From the human T2T-CHM13v2.0 reference genome, Homo sapiens, in the NCBI RefSeq assembly GCF_009914755.1, contig NC_060932.1: a stretch of 64,000 nucleotides of DNA. One strand, written 5' to 3'. The stretch's first letter is position 1. The number at the start of each line of letters is the position of its first letter. The position numbers and the translations under genes are program-made. The notes below the pieces were generated by a model that had not been told where the DNA came from, made no database searches, and worked only from the letters and a program-made list of their open reading frames with translations. Below, piece after piece: positions 1 to 13,141 of this stretch.

Positions 1-83
1 GAAGAACAGTTTTCATTCAGTTGTTTAATTATTCAAGAATTACAATTTTCATCACTTTAAAACAAAGTTTATCAATTTTATAG

Positions 84-134
84 CTCTGTGTCAGAAGAAA
101 GCAGCAGTAACAGCAAGTCATCCCTCAGTGAAAG
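84..134 (+). pseudogene. ADAM5: ADAM5-like penultimate exon (Ser-rich cytoplasmic tail, SVSEESSSNSKSSLSE)
   Basis: Acceptor ttttatag|C, donor AAG|gtgagt; 51 nt, phase 2-2, open frame; aligns codon-for-codon with 51316-51366(-). Confidence 0.85.
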
Positions 135-307
135 GTGAGTATGGGACTATGTGTTGAATCATTTTGCATTGTAAGTTTTGATCATTGCTTAGGAGCACTT
201 AAAAATGGTTAGTTTGAAACCAAGCATTCTTTATGTATTTGTTTAATTCTCTCCATAGGTCATTTTATAATAATAAATAATAAAAACTTGGTTTTGTGAA
301 ATCTCAG

Positions 308-381
308 CCTCTCCTTGACCTATAAAAGGAGAGATTTTTGTGCACTCACACTGGCAACTACCATCTATGAGCATGTAAATT
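308..381 (+). other. Candidate cassette exon of ADAM5 (74 nt)
   Basis: tctcag|C acceptor (weak pyrimidine tract), ATT|gtgagt donor; open in frame after exon 84-134 (LSLTYKRRDFCALTLATTIYEHVN). Confidence 0.4.
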
Positions 382-771
382 GTGAGTTGTTTTTTTTTTT
401 TTTAGCATCGGGTTTTTTTTTTTTAAGCATTTTTTTTTTTTAGCATGTGTTTTAGTGATATCTTACTGGCATATAAAAAGATAACTGATGCTCTAATCAG
501 CGGTACCATCCTTTTTGGCATCATGGACCGGTTTAGTGGAATAAAATTTTTCCACAGGGTGGGGTAGAGGGGGATAGTTTCAGCTCACATCATCAATCAT
601 TAGTTAGATTCCCATAAGGAGTGTGCAACCTAGACCTCTCATACGTGCAGTTCACAATAGAGTTCATGCTGCTATGAGAATCTAATGCCACTGCTGAGCT
701 GACAGGAGGTGGAGCTGAGGCAGTAATGCTTGCTGGCCTGTGCTCACCTTGTGCTTTGTGGCCTGGTTCCT

Positions 772-777
772 TTTATT

Positions 778-825
<48 letters not shown>

Positions 826-1826
826 TGTGTATATATATATGTGTATATATATGTATATATGTATATATATGTGTATATATATAAATTATACTTTAAGTTC
901 TAGGGTACATGTGCACAATGTGCAGGTTTGTTACATATGTATGCATGTACCATGTTGGTGTGCTGCACCCATTAACTCGTCATTTACATTAGGTATATCT
1001 CCTAATGCTATCCCTCCCCCTCCCCCCACCCCACGACAGGCCCCGGTATGTGATGTTCCCCCTCCTGTGTCCAAGTGTTCTCATTGTTCAATTCCCACCT
1101 ATGAGTGAGAACATACAGTGTTTGGTTTTTTGTCCTTGCAATAGTTTGCTGAGAATGATGGTTTCCAGCTTCACCCATGTCCCTACAAAGACATGAACTC
1201 ATCATTTTTTATGGCCGCATAGTATTCTGTGGTGTGTATGTGCCACATTTTCTTAATCCAGTCTATCATTGTTGGACATTTGGCTTGGTTCCAAGTCTTT
1301 GCTATTGTGAATAGTGCCACAATAAACATACGTGTGCATGTGTCTTTGTAGCAGCATGATTTATAATCCTCTGGGTATATACCCAGTAATGGGATGGCTG
1401 GGTCAAATAGTATTTCTAGTTCTAGATCCCTGAGGAATCACCACACTGACTTCCACAGTGGTTGAACTAGTTTACAGTCCCACGAACGGTGTAAAAGTGT
1501 TCCTATTTCTTCACATCCTCTCCAGCACCTGTTATTTCCTGACTTTTTAATGATCGCCATTCTAACTGGTGTGAGATGGTATCTCATTGTGGTTTTGATT
1601 TGCATTTCTCTGATGACCAGTGATGATGAACATTTTTTCATGTGTCTGTTGGCTGCATAAATGTCTTCTTTTGAGAAGTGTCTGTTCATATCCTTCACCC
1701 ACTTTTTGATGGGGTTGTTTGTTTTTTTTCTTGTAAATTTGTTTGTGTTCTTTGTAGATTCTGGATATTAGCCGTTTGTCAGATGAGGAGATTGCAAAAA
1801 TTTTCTCCCATTCTGTAGGTTGCCTA
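772..1826 (-). mobile_element. 5'-truncated L1PA (L1PA4-like): 3' UTR and ORF2 C-terminus
   Basis: Typical L1PA 3' UTR (tatactttaagttctagggtacatgtg...); ORF 1438-1698 is ORF2 C-terminus; degenerate TSD gtggcctggttcct 758-771 / gtggtctgctttct 1827-1840. Confidence 0.92.
780..882. repeat. (TG)n/(TA)n compound microsatellite at the L1 poly(A) tail
   Basis: Directly visible; sits at the position of the L1 tail. Confidence 0.95.
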
Positions 1827-2869
1827 GTGGTCTGCTTTCTAAGAAGCCATGGCTGTGGGGTTGGGGACCCCTGCTCTAAATGATGTCATAGGTGCTTATA
1901 GTTCTGCTATTATTTCAGAAAAAAAATTACTGAGAGTAAGTTTGAGCATTGAAATTATCATTCATTTCCCTGTCTCAATTCATCTGAGATAGTAAATTTA
2001 GGGATCAGATTATGAAGAATCAAACACAACATTTTATAAAATTAGATATCCTTCTTTTACTATCAGTATATACAGATTTTCCCTACCAAATGTTGGATAG
2101 ACTATAAAATGGGAGAGTATTTCAAGTAGCATCCAATATTATTTCTCATGTTCTCTCTTCATCCTTGGAGTACAAAGTTAAACACTGACTGTGATGATTC
2201 ATTTAGTAAATATTGAGATACATATCTGCAGTGAGGGAATTCCTGCTTTTAAGAGAAGCACTGTTAAATATGGGCCATCACCGTCCTAATTCTATTGTCA
2301 ATGTTGGCTGCTTTAGGTTCTACAAAAATTAAGCATATCTCTGCTTTCTAGGCAAGATTATCTTTGATCCTTACTTTGATCACTTTGTGATGCATATTAT
2401 AGAAGAGAAAATAATCAAAAGTGTTTTTATTATAATTCCTACCAAGAAGATAGAAAAAAGAGCTACTTACACTCAAAAATTGTGGATGGAAGGAAGTACT
2501 AAAGAGCAGAAATAATGTAGAGGAAAATAAACAGATAAAAACATAAGCAAAGACAAAAGCTGATTCTTTGAAAAGATTAATATAATTGATAAACATTAGC
2601 TAATAGTTCAAAATAAAACGAGAAATGATACAAATTACTATCATGTAATAAAATGATATCATGTCTAATTTTCTGGACATTAGAAGAAGTCAAAGTTGAT
2701 AAGTTTAAATATTTAGTTAAAATACAACACATTTTTAAAAAAACACTTCTTTCCATCTTCCCAAAATGGAATAGAGAGAAGAAAAAGAAAGTATAAAGAA
2801 GTCTATATTTATTCAAGACCTGGAAGCTGTAATTTAGAACTTTCTCACAAAGTGGATACTTGAGCATGA

Positions 2870-3120
2870 TCTTTTCATGGCATGCATCAGAACACAAAGC
2901 CAAGCCAAATTCAGTGAACATTTCCTCAATTCCATCAGCTTATGTTTTATTATATAAACAAGTAACAATGTCAAACTCAGTGTCAATGAAGGTGGTGTGT
3001 GTAATATACTCCATCCACTATAATGGGAGATACTACAAAGTCACATGGCAAAGAACATGTATAAATAATCGTATCTTAAGATATAAGTGAAAAATTGAGG
3101 ACAATAATTCAAACTATTAC
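2870..3120 (-). mobile_element. MLT1-type (ERVL-MaLR) LTR fragment
   Basis: caaagtcacatggcaaag and aattgaggacaataat motifs typical of MLT1 in reverse. Confidence 0.5.
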
Positions 3121-3152
3121 ATCCAGATGTTTAAGGAGGAAATACAGAAATA

Positions 3153-3476
3153 CAGCAGTCCTCCCTTATCTGTGTGTGTGGGAGACATTCCAAGACCCGT
3201 AATGGATGTCTAAAATCACAAATAGTAACAATTCTACATTTACTTGTTTTTTCCTATATATATGTACCTATGATTAAGTTTAATTTGTAAATTAGACACA
3301 TCAAGAGATTAAGAATAAATAATAATATAATTGAACAATTATAATAGTGTAATGTAATAAAAGTTATGTGAATATGATCTCTCTGTCTCAAAATACTGGA
3401 GTTTTTTTTGAAGTGTGGTTGACTGAAGATAATTTAAAGCATAAAAAACAAAACTGCAGATAAGAGGGGACTACTG
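3153..3476 (-). mobile_element. MER44A (TcMar-Tigger) MITE
   Basis: TIRs cagcagtcctcccttatctg / cagataagaggggactactg, TA dinucleotides on both sides. Confidence 0.88.
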
Positions 3477-4749
3477 TAATACCACTCTTACATATACTTA
3501 TGCCGAGAATACAACAAAGGGAGCATTTCTCATCATGTTTTATGAGGTCAGCCTAGCTTTATGGCCCCCAAATTTAAGGGAACTATCAGAAAAGAAAATT
3601 ATAGATCTATTTCTAATTAGAGATGTAAAAATGCTAAATAAAAGATTTCTAAATAAATCCACTTAGTATTATAGAGGATCATATATTATGGCCATGGAGA
3701 TAGCCTAGGTATCTAAGAATGAAAAACTAGTTTAAAATATGTTTTACCATATTAAGGAAAAGGAGAAAAAATTATATGATAATTTCTATATATAAAGAAA
3801 AATACCCTTTAAAGAAAAAAAAACACTTTTATGATAAAAATTCCTAGTTAACTAGTGAAAAAAACTTTTAAAAACTGATAAGGAACATCTTCAAAAAAGC
3901 ATACAACTATTTTAGTTAATAGTGAAATCGTGAATGTTTCCTTCCTGAGGTCAGGAGGATGTCCGTTATTGTTTTCAACACTGACATTTTCAACATCGTA
4001 TGGGAAATCCTAGCTGGTAAAATAAGGTAAGAAAGAAGTAAGCAAATGTAGTAAGATCAGAAATGAAGAAAGAATACTGTTATTGTTTGCAGATGATATG
4101 GCTTCAAATTTCAATGCACAAAAATTTGAAGAAATAACAAAACAAAATTAATAAAGAAAATATAAGGTTTTTGGATACAAGGCTACATATAAAAATCAAT
4201 TTTATTTTTGTGTAAGCAACAGTTATAAAATGAAATTTAAAAAATGCAACTATATATAGTATAGGGAAATATGTATATATGATACATAGGGATATATATC
4301 CAGTGAAAAAGTGCAATACAGTTACACTTGTAATATAAAATACTGCTGAGAATTTTAATATCTAAACCAGTTGAAGAACATACTGTTCAATATTTTTAAG
4401 ATATAATTTTTCCCTAATTGATATGTAGATTTAATGCAATCCCAAAATAAATATCTTGACATTTTTTGGTGGAAAATTAAAATTAGATTGTAAAATTTAT
4501 ATAAAGATAAATGGAGTCATATAGTCAACAAAATCTTGAAAACACAGGAAAAAGAAAACTTATACTACCTGATATTGACAACTTTTGTTAAGTAATCAAA
4601 ACAATATAGGAGCATCATAGGATAGACAAATAAACCAATAAAAAAGAATGAAGTGTTCAGAAACAGTTGTATAATATACTCACATCTTATTTATACTTCT
4701 GGTGCCACTATTATTTAGTGGATAAAAAAGTGATCTTTTCAATATATAG

Positions 4750-7700
4750 TAGGTTTTAAATTGCATTTCCTTGATGACATATGAATTAGTGATGTGGAGC
4801 ACCTTTCCATATACCTGTTCTTCGTTTTTATGTTTTCCTTGGAGAACTGTCTGTCTAGCTTATTTGCCCATTTTTTGATCAATTTATTTGTTTTTCTGCA
4901 ATTGAATTGTAAAAGTATTTTATACATTTTGGATATTAATCTTTTGCCAGAGATGTGGTTTGCAAATATTTTTCCTAGTCTATAGGTTCTCCTTTCATTA
5001 TATTGCTTCTTTAGCTGTACAGAAGCTTGCTAGATTAACATAGTTCCATTTATTCATTTTTGTTTTGCGGCCTGAGCTTTGGTGTGATGTCTAAAAATTA
5101 ATTGCTAAGGCCAGTATCAAAGAGCTTTCCTTCTATGTTCTCTGTTAAGAGTTTTATTATTTCAGGTCAAGAATTTAGGCATTTTCTTCCTTTTTGATTT
5201 CATTGTTGTGTATGGTGTAAGAAAGAATCTGATTTTATTCTTTTGTATATGAAAATCTAGTTTTTCCAGAACCACTTATTGAAGAGACTACTGTTTCCCC
5301 ATTCTGTCCTCTAGGTGCCCTTGTTGAAAATTAGTTGATCATATATGTTTGGATTTATTTCTGGGCTCCCTATTTTGTTCCATTGGTCAATGTTTCTGTT
5401 TTGATGTCAGTGCCATTAATGTCTTGATTACTATAGCTTTGTAATATAACTTCAGATCTGGAAGGCAAAGTCTCCAACTTTGTTTTTCTTTCTCAGTATT
5501 GGTTTAACTATTTGGAATTTTTTGTGGTTCCATATTAATTTTAGGTTTGTTTTTCTATTTCTGTGAGGAATGCCACTGGCATTTCTAGAGAGATTTTGTT
5601 AAATCTGCATATTGATTTGAATATCATGAACATTTCAATATTATTTTGATCCATGAACATGGTATGTCTTTACATTTATTTGTGTCTTCTTCATCTCCTT
5701 TAATCAATGTTTTATTGTGTTCAGTGTACAAATGTTCCACCTTCGTGATTAATTTGAATTCTAAGTATATTATGTTTTTGATGTTATCAGAAATGGAACC
5801 GTTTTATTAATTTCTTTTTCAGCTAGGTGGTTCTTCGTATATAAAAATACTTGTGATTTTTTATATTGATTTTGTATCCTACAACTATACTGAATTCATT
5901 TATTGGTTTTTTCTAAGCTTTGGGGTTTTCTACATATAGGATTATGTCAATTGCAAATAGAGATAATTTACTTCCTCCTTTCTGATTTAGAGGCCTTTTA
6001 TTTATTTTCCTTGTCTGATTGTATGTACTAGTACTTCCAGTACTATGTTGAATAGAAATGATGAGAATGGGCATTTTTGCTTTATACCAGATCTTAGTGC
6101 AAAAGCTTTATGATGTTAGCTATGGGTTTTTAACAAATGTCCTTTATTATGTTGAGAAAATTGTCTTATATATCTAAACTGTTGAAAATATTAGAAAAGG
6201 ATGCTGAAGTTTGTCAAAAGCTTTTTTGATGAGTCTGTCCCACAGACTCTGGCCAGGCAACCAATGAAAGAAATACACAGACACAGGTATTTTGCCTGAG
6301 AATGCAGCTAGGGAACTGCACAGCTTAGCACCGCTGACAAGAGTGCAGCTCCAATAAGCTGGAGATGCTCGTATTTATTCAGTGCAGATTTAATGACAAA
6401 GGCTTGGAGCAAACACAATTTTTGGGTAATTAACATTGTCCACTCCCCTGAGTATAGAGCAGTCCTACAGTAAACAAATTTATCTAGATAAGTTCCTTTA
6501 CATTCCCTTGTTATCTACCCTTTGCCCTCAGCCTCTGGATAAGAGAATTTGGCTGCCTTCAGCCATAATTCTCTTCTGAAGCTTTTGCAAAACTACCCAG
6601 CCTTCCAAGAAGGTTTGCGTCTTTCCTATTTTTCCCACCACCCTGACTGATCCTCCTACACTTCTTTGTGTGTAAATTTACATGATCATGAGGTTTTTAT
6701 TTTCTTATTCTGTTAATGTGATATGGCATATTGATTTGCATGTGTTAAAGCAGACTTGCATGCCAGGAATAAATCCAACCTGGTTATGATGTGTAAACTT
6801 TTGATGTGTTGTTGAGTTCAGTTTGCTACTGTATTATTGATGATTATTGCATCAATGTTCATCAGAGATACTGGCCTGTAGTTTCATTTATTTATTTTTT
6901 TGGGCAGTGTCTCTGACTTAGGCATCAAGGTGATGCTGGTCTTGTAAAATGTTTTAGAAAGTGTTCCTTTCAGCTCTAATTTTTGGAAAAATTTAAGAAA
7001 TACTGATAATAATTCTTCCCTGAATTTTTGGTAGAATTCAGCTATGAAACCATCTGGTCCTGGGATTTTTATTTGCTGAAATGTTTTTAATTCTTCAAGC
7101 TATCTATTTCCTCCTGATTCAATCTTCAGATGATATTTTTCTAGGAATCTATCTATTTCCTCAAAGTTATCAATTTTGTTGACGTATAATTCCTCATAAT
7201 CACCCTTTTTAAAACTTTTTTATTTCTGAGGCATCTGGTAGTGATGTCTCCACTTTTATTTCTAATTTATTTATTTAAGTATTATCTCTCTCTCTCTCTT
7301 TTTAAAAATTACTCTATCTAGGAGTTTGCCAATTTTATTTTTTAAATAATCAACTCTTGGTTTTATTGATTTTTTTTTCTTGTTTCTCGGTCATCTATTT
7401 GATTTATTTCAGTTCTAATCTTTATTATTTCCTTTCATTCAATAACTTTGGATTTCATTTGTTCTTTTTACAGCTCCTTGAGGCACAATGTTTGGCTATT
7501 TACTTGGGATCTTTCATCTTTTCTAATGTAGGCATTTATTGCTACAAACTTCTCTTTTAGAACTACTTTTGCTGCATCCTGTGCTATGTGAACTCCAGGA
7601 AGCTCCCTAGGTTGGTGTCAGTGGCTGTAAGGACTACAGGATTCTCCAGTAGCAAAGAGTGTGGTGTCTGTGGTGATAATGGGAACTGTTGGGGTCTACT

Positions 7701-7975
7701 GCTTACCTTTTTCCCTGCAGAAAAACTTCCCTTCAGGTTTTGATCTGATTCTGACTGTGGGGATGGGGTAGCACAGGGAAAGTGTTTTCTTCTCTTCTCT
7801 ATGCAGCCATCCTGAGTGTCTATGCTTCACAAAATTTCTGCCACTCCCTTGATGTACACCTGAGCTCTCCTTAGTCTTTTTGGTCAAAACTAGCTTATTT
7901 GTTGTTTTGGTCTTTTTGTGGGAGGAGATGAGCATTAGGCACCTCTAGCTTAACATCTAGCTGATATTCCTCAGA
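4750..7975 (-). mobile_element. L1MA/L1M2-type element: 5' UTR (7580-7975) joined directly to ORF2 (4750-7580)
   Basis: Continuous antisense ORF2 similarity; 7580-7975 resembles an old L1 5' end; 3' UTR and ORF1 absent. Confidence 0.75.
6227..6660 (-). mobile_element. Solo LTR22 (HERV-K22/HML-5)
   Basis: Minus strand begins tgtaggaggatcagtcagggtggtgggaaaa; TG...CA termini; 6-bp TSD cttttt/cttctt. Confidence 0.8.
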
Positions 7976-8115
7976 ATATGTAATGGTGGTGGGTAAATCA
8001 CTTTTAATTCTACTATAATATCAAAAGACAAAAGCATTAAAATAATTATAAGTAAGAATATGTTAATGGGCACATAATGTAAGTTGTAATATAAAGTGTG
8101 ACATCAGTAACAAAG

Positions 8116-8190
8116 TATTATTGGGAGGACAATAAAAGTGTATTATTGGGAGGACAATAAAAGTGTATTATTGGGAGGACAATAAAACTG
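8116..8190. repeat. 3 x 25-bp tandem repeat (tattattgggaggacaataaaagtg)
   Basis: Units 8116-8140, 8141-8165, 8166-8190; one mismatch in total. Confidence 0.95.
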
Positions 8191-10897
8191 TAGTGTTTAA
8201 ATGTGATTAATAGTATCAGTTCAAAACAAACTGTTACAAGATTTTTAAATATAAGCTGCATAGTAATAAAAATACTTACAGAAGTTACACAAAAGTGAAA
8301 GAGAAAGGAATTATACAATAAAAAAGTAAATGAAACATGAAGGAATACAGCAAGAGAATAAAAGAGGGACAAAATAACCATAAGATTAAACAGAAAAAGA
8401 TAATTAACAAAAGGCATTAGTAAGGCATGATGGCTGAATAGAATCCTTCAGCAATTGTACGCACTACCAAGAACATCAAGTCAAACAATTATCAATTTAA
8501 GAAAGCATCTTCATAGGAGCCCAAAACCAGATAAGCAATCACATTACATGGTGTTAGCATAATAACGTGGAAGGATGCACTGAAGGAGGTCAAAAGGACA
8601 GAGTTCCATTTCCTGCATCACCCCTCCCCCAGTGCCAGGCAGTATATCACAGAAGAGAGGCTGTGCTCTTGGGGGAGGGAAAGCAAAGTTGGTGTGGAAC
8701 TTTGCACTGAAACTCAGTGCTGCACTGTCACAGCGGAACACAGCACTAGGCAGAATTCCACCAGTGCTGACAGCGAGCATTTAGATCAGTCGTGGGCCAA
8801 GGGGACTCCACTGCTTCAGCACGAGGAACCCAAGTCTCAGCCTACTTCACTGCAGGCTGATGAACATGGCCTGGGGCCCCAAATAACCTTGAGTGGCAGC
8901 TAGGCCATAGTGACTACAGTCCTTGGGTAAGCCCTGGTGCTGTCCTGGTCTCAGATGCTGTAGGCTTGATGTACAGCCCAGCGCAACACTAGCTGTGGCA
9001 GCCATGAGAGTGCCTACATCACCCCTTTCCCAATTCCATACCATGTAGTATGGAGAGAGACTTTTTCTGCTTGGGAGAAGGAGGGGAAAGAGTACAATAG
9101 ACTTTATTTTGCAACCAGGTACCAGCCCAGGCACAGGAAAATAAAGCATACGGCAGAATCCCAAAGTCCTAATTTCAGGTCATTGCTCCTAAATGGTGTT
9201 TCTAGGTCTTCTAAACTTTGGTTAGAAGAGATCTGGCTGCCCTTGTGGGATGGACCGTTGTCCAACCTGTGTGATGAACCACCAGTTAACTAAAGTAGCC
9301 TTGAATAAACATCAATGGCAGTCAGGCAATGGTAGCTTCGGTCCTCAGATGAGCCCCAGGTGAGCCCCAGTACTATGCTGATCTGGGAGGCTGTAGGCTT
9401 CAGGTGTGACACAGCAGGGTACCAGCTGTGATGGCCACAGGAGTGCTCGTGTCTTCCCTTTCCCAATTCCAGGCAGCCCACTACACAGACAGATTCCTTC
9501 TGCCTGGGGAAAAGAGAGAGAAGAGAGCAAGGGACTTTGCCTGTGAACAGAGGAATTTCTCCCTATTTTCCTCCAAGTCCATCAGAGTTGTGTATTTAGG
9601 AGTCTGCAAGAGATACAGCATATCTGGGCTTAGAGATCCCTCTAGCACTGAAACGCCTGTAGAGGCAACAGACTTGAGTAACTTAATACTCAATCTTCTT
9701 TAAATTCTTGGAAAGTCATTTGAAGAAGGGCAAGTAAAAACAAAGCCAGACTCTGAAGACTAGAATAAATACCTAGAGACATCAATAGACTGCAATGCAA
9801 TAGTAGTAGGGGCCTTTTAACACCACACTTTCAGCAATGGTCAGATCACCAGACAGAAAATCATCAATGAACTATTGGAATTAAACAACACTAGATCAAA
9901 TGGCCCTAACTGACATTTACAGAATATTTTATGTAACTGGTGCAGAACATATGTTAATTTCATCAGCACATAGAACATCCTCCAGGACAGATCATATGTA
10001 AAGCCACAAAACAAGTCATAACACATTCAAAGATGGAATAATATCAAGTATCATTTTGAAAAACAATGGAATGAAACTAGAAATCAATGAAAAGAGGAAC
10101 TTTGGAAACGATACAAATACATGAAACTTTAACAATGTGCTCCTGAAAGACCAGTGTGTCAATAGAGAAATTAAGAAAGAAATATTTTTAAAAATTGAAG
10201 GAAACAAAAATGGAAACAGAACATACCAAAGTCTGTGGAATGCAGCAAAACCAGTACTAAAAGGAAAGTTTATACCTATACATACTGACATCAAAAAAGT
10301 AGAAAGACTTCAGTTATGCAACCTCATGGTGCACTGCAAGAAAAAAAGCAAGGACAAACCAAACCACACATTAGTAGAAGAAAATAAATAATAAAAACTA
10401 GAGCAGAAATAAATGAAATTGAGAATTAGAAAGGTCCATGAAACAAGAAGTTTGTTTTTGAAAAGATAAACACATCTTTTGCTACATTGACTAAGAAAAA
10501 GAAAAAAATGGATTGAATACTTAAATGTAAGATACGATTTATATGAACCCAAATCAGAGAAAAATCATTACAATTGACACTTCAGTAATTTAAAGGCAGC
10601 ATTCAAGTAGAGATATTATGAGCAAAAGTGTGTCAATAATTTGGAAAACCTAGAAGAAATGGACAAATTTCTAGACACATTCAGCCTATCAAGATTGAAC
10701 CATGAATAATAGAAAATCTGAACAGATCAATAATGAATAATGACATAGTAGCTGCAATAAAAAGTTTTCCATCCAAGGAAAGTTCAGGACTAGATAGCTT
10801 TAATATTGTATCCTACCAAATATTTAACGAAGAACTAGTACCAATTTTACTCAAACTATTCCAAAACCTTGAGAAGGAGGGAATATTCCCAATATCA

Positions 10898-11293
<396 letters not shown>

Positions 11294-12363
11294 TTAAATG
11301 TCCGTATAACCCAAAGCAATCTACAGATTCAATGCAATCCCTATCAAAATACCAATGACGTTCTTCACAGAAATAGAACAATAATCCAAAAATTCGTATG
11401 GAACCACAAAAGATAGTCTCTTTAACAAATAGTGTTGGGAATACTTTATATCCTCATGCTAAAGAATGAAATTGGGCCATTATACACAAAGGCCAACTCA
11501 AAATGGATTGAAGACTTAAATGTAAGATATGAATTATAAAACTCTTAGAAGAAAACATAGAGAAAAATCTTCATGACATTGGTCTTGGCAATGATTTCAT
11601 GGATATGACATGAAAAGCACAGACAACAAATTAAAAAAAGACATATGGGGCAACATTAAACTCAAAAGCTTCTTCATAGCAAAGGAAATGCTGAAAATCC
11701 AATGGAATGGGAGAAAATATTTGCAAACCATTTATCAGTTAAGGGGCTAATTCCCAAAATATATTAAGAACTCTTTCAACTCAATAGCAAAAAACTAATA
11801 ACCTGATTAAAAGTTAGCTGAAGACTTGAATAGACATTTTGCCAAAGAAAATATATAAGACTCTTACAACTCTGTAGCAAAATACCTAATAATTTAAAAA
11901 ATGGGCTAAAGACTTCAATAGACATTTCTCCAAAGAGGACATACAAGTGGCCAATAGGCATATGAAAAGATGCTCAATTTCATTAACTATCAAATGTATG
12001 CTAATCAAAACCGCAATGAGATTCACCTCACACCTGTTAGGATAGATCTTAAAAACAACAACAACAACAGAGAAATGTTGAGGAGGATGTGGAGAAATTA
12101 GAATCTTTGTGTATACTGTTGGTGGGAATGCAAAATGTTGAAACCATTATGGAAAATGACATGGAGGGTTATCAAAAATTAAAAATACAATTACAATATA
12201 ACCCAGCAATTCTACTTCTTGAAATTTATGGAAAAGAATTGAAATCAGGAAACCGAAGAGATATTAGCATTCTAATGTTCACTGAAGCACTATTCACAAC
12301 TGCCAAGTGTGGCTACAACCTAAATGTCCATCGATAAATAAGTGGATAAAAATAAATGTGGCA

Positions 12364-12402
12364 TCTCTCTCCTCCTTTCTCTCTCTCTCTCTCTCTCTCT
12401 CG

Positions 12403-12474
<72 letters not shown>
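12364..12474. repeat. (CT)n(GT)n compound microsatellite
   Basis: Directly visible. Confidence 0.95.
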
Positions 12475-12830
12475 ATCTAATGGAATATTATTCAGCCTTA
12501 AAAAGAAGATCCTGTAATGTGTAAAACATGGATGAACCTTGAGGACAAACACTGAATAATTCCACTTATGTGAGGTATCTAAAAAGTCAAACTCACAAAA
12601 TTAGAGCAGAATGGTGGTTTCCAGGAACCAGGGGGTGGAGCAAATGGGTAGTTGCGTCAGTGGGCATAAAGTCTCAAATATGCATGATGAAAATGTTCTA
12701 GAGATCTGGTGAAAAACATTGTCCCTAAAATTAACAAAACCATATTGTACACTTAAAAATGTGGTAAGATGGTCGATCTCATGCTGTGTTCTTACCATAT
12801 ATAGTACAAATTTTTAAAAATAAATACTTT

Positions 12831-13141
12831 TGCCATTTATAAGATACCCTTAAGAAGGGAAAAAGGAACCGCAGGGATGCGGTTACACTGGCGAGAAAAC
12901 AGTTTTGGCGGCGGGGAGAGTTGGGGAGGGTGGAGGGGGTGTTGTGATGGGAGGGGTGATTTACAGAGTGAGTAGCAGATGTGGAAGGTGGGCTCTACAG
13001 ATAAAGACTTCGAGGAAGGTTGTTTCCCAGGGCAAGGGAACACAGAGAGTGAGGGAGTCTTGTCTTGAAAGCAGGAAACAAAGGACTAGGAAACTTAAAC
13101 AAGTTAACCCTTTGAAGAAGAATGTCTTACTGTATTTAACA
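12831..13141 (-). mobile_element. Partial ERV1 LTR (LTR10/HERV-I-like U3 fragment)
   Basis: Minus strand begins tgttaaatacagtaagacattcttcttcaaag; TATAAA near its end (12836-12841); family assignment uncertain. Confidence 0.55.

Larger units (their letters stand above)
498..1873 (-). mobile_element. MER1B (hAT-Charlie) DNA transposon, split by an L1 (498-771 and 1827-1873)
   Basis: Termini cagcggtacc... and ...ggggacccctg; near-TSD ctctaat/ctctaaat; body matches recalled MER1B consensus in reverse. Confidence 0.85.
2400..4745 (+). mobile_element. Old L1M ORF2 fragments
   Basis: Degenerate ORF2 motifs (e.g. ttgtttgcagatgatatg = LFADDM at ~4083); interrupted by MLT1 and MER44A. Confidence 0.7.

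Noticed and set aside
321-328. TATAAAAG as a promoter
   Set aside because: Lies near the 3' end of a gene, inside a candidate exon, with no CpG island or other promoter context.
740-1108. 122-aa ORF
   Set aside because: Microsatellite plus antisense L1 3' UTR.
8116-8190. CRISPR-like palindromic repeats
   Set aside because: No spacers, no cas genes, eukaryotic L1 context; a simple tandem repeat.
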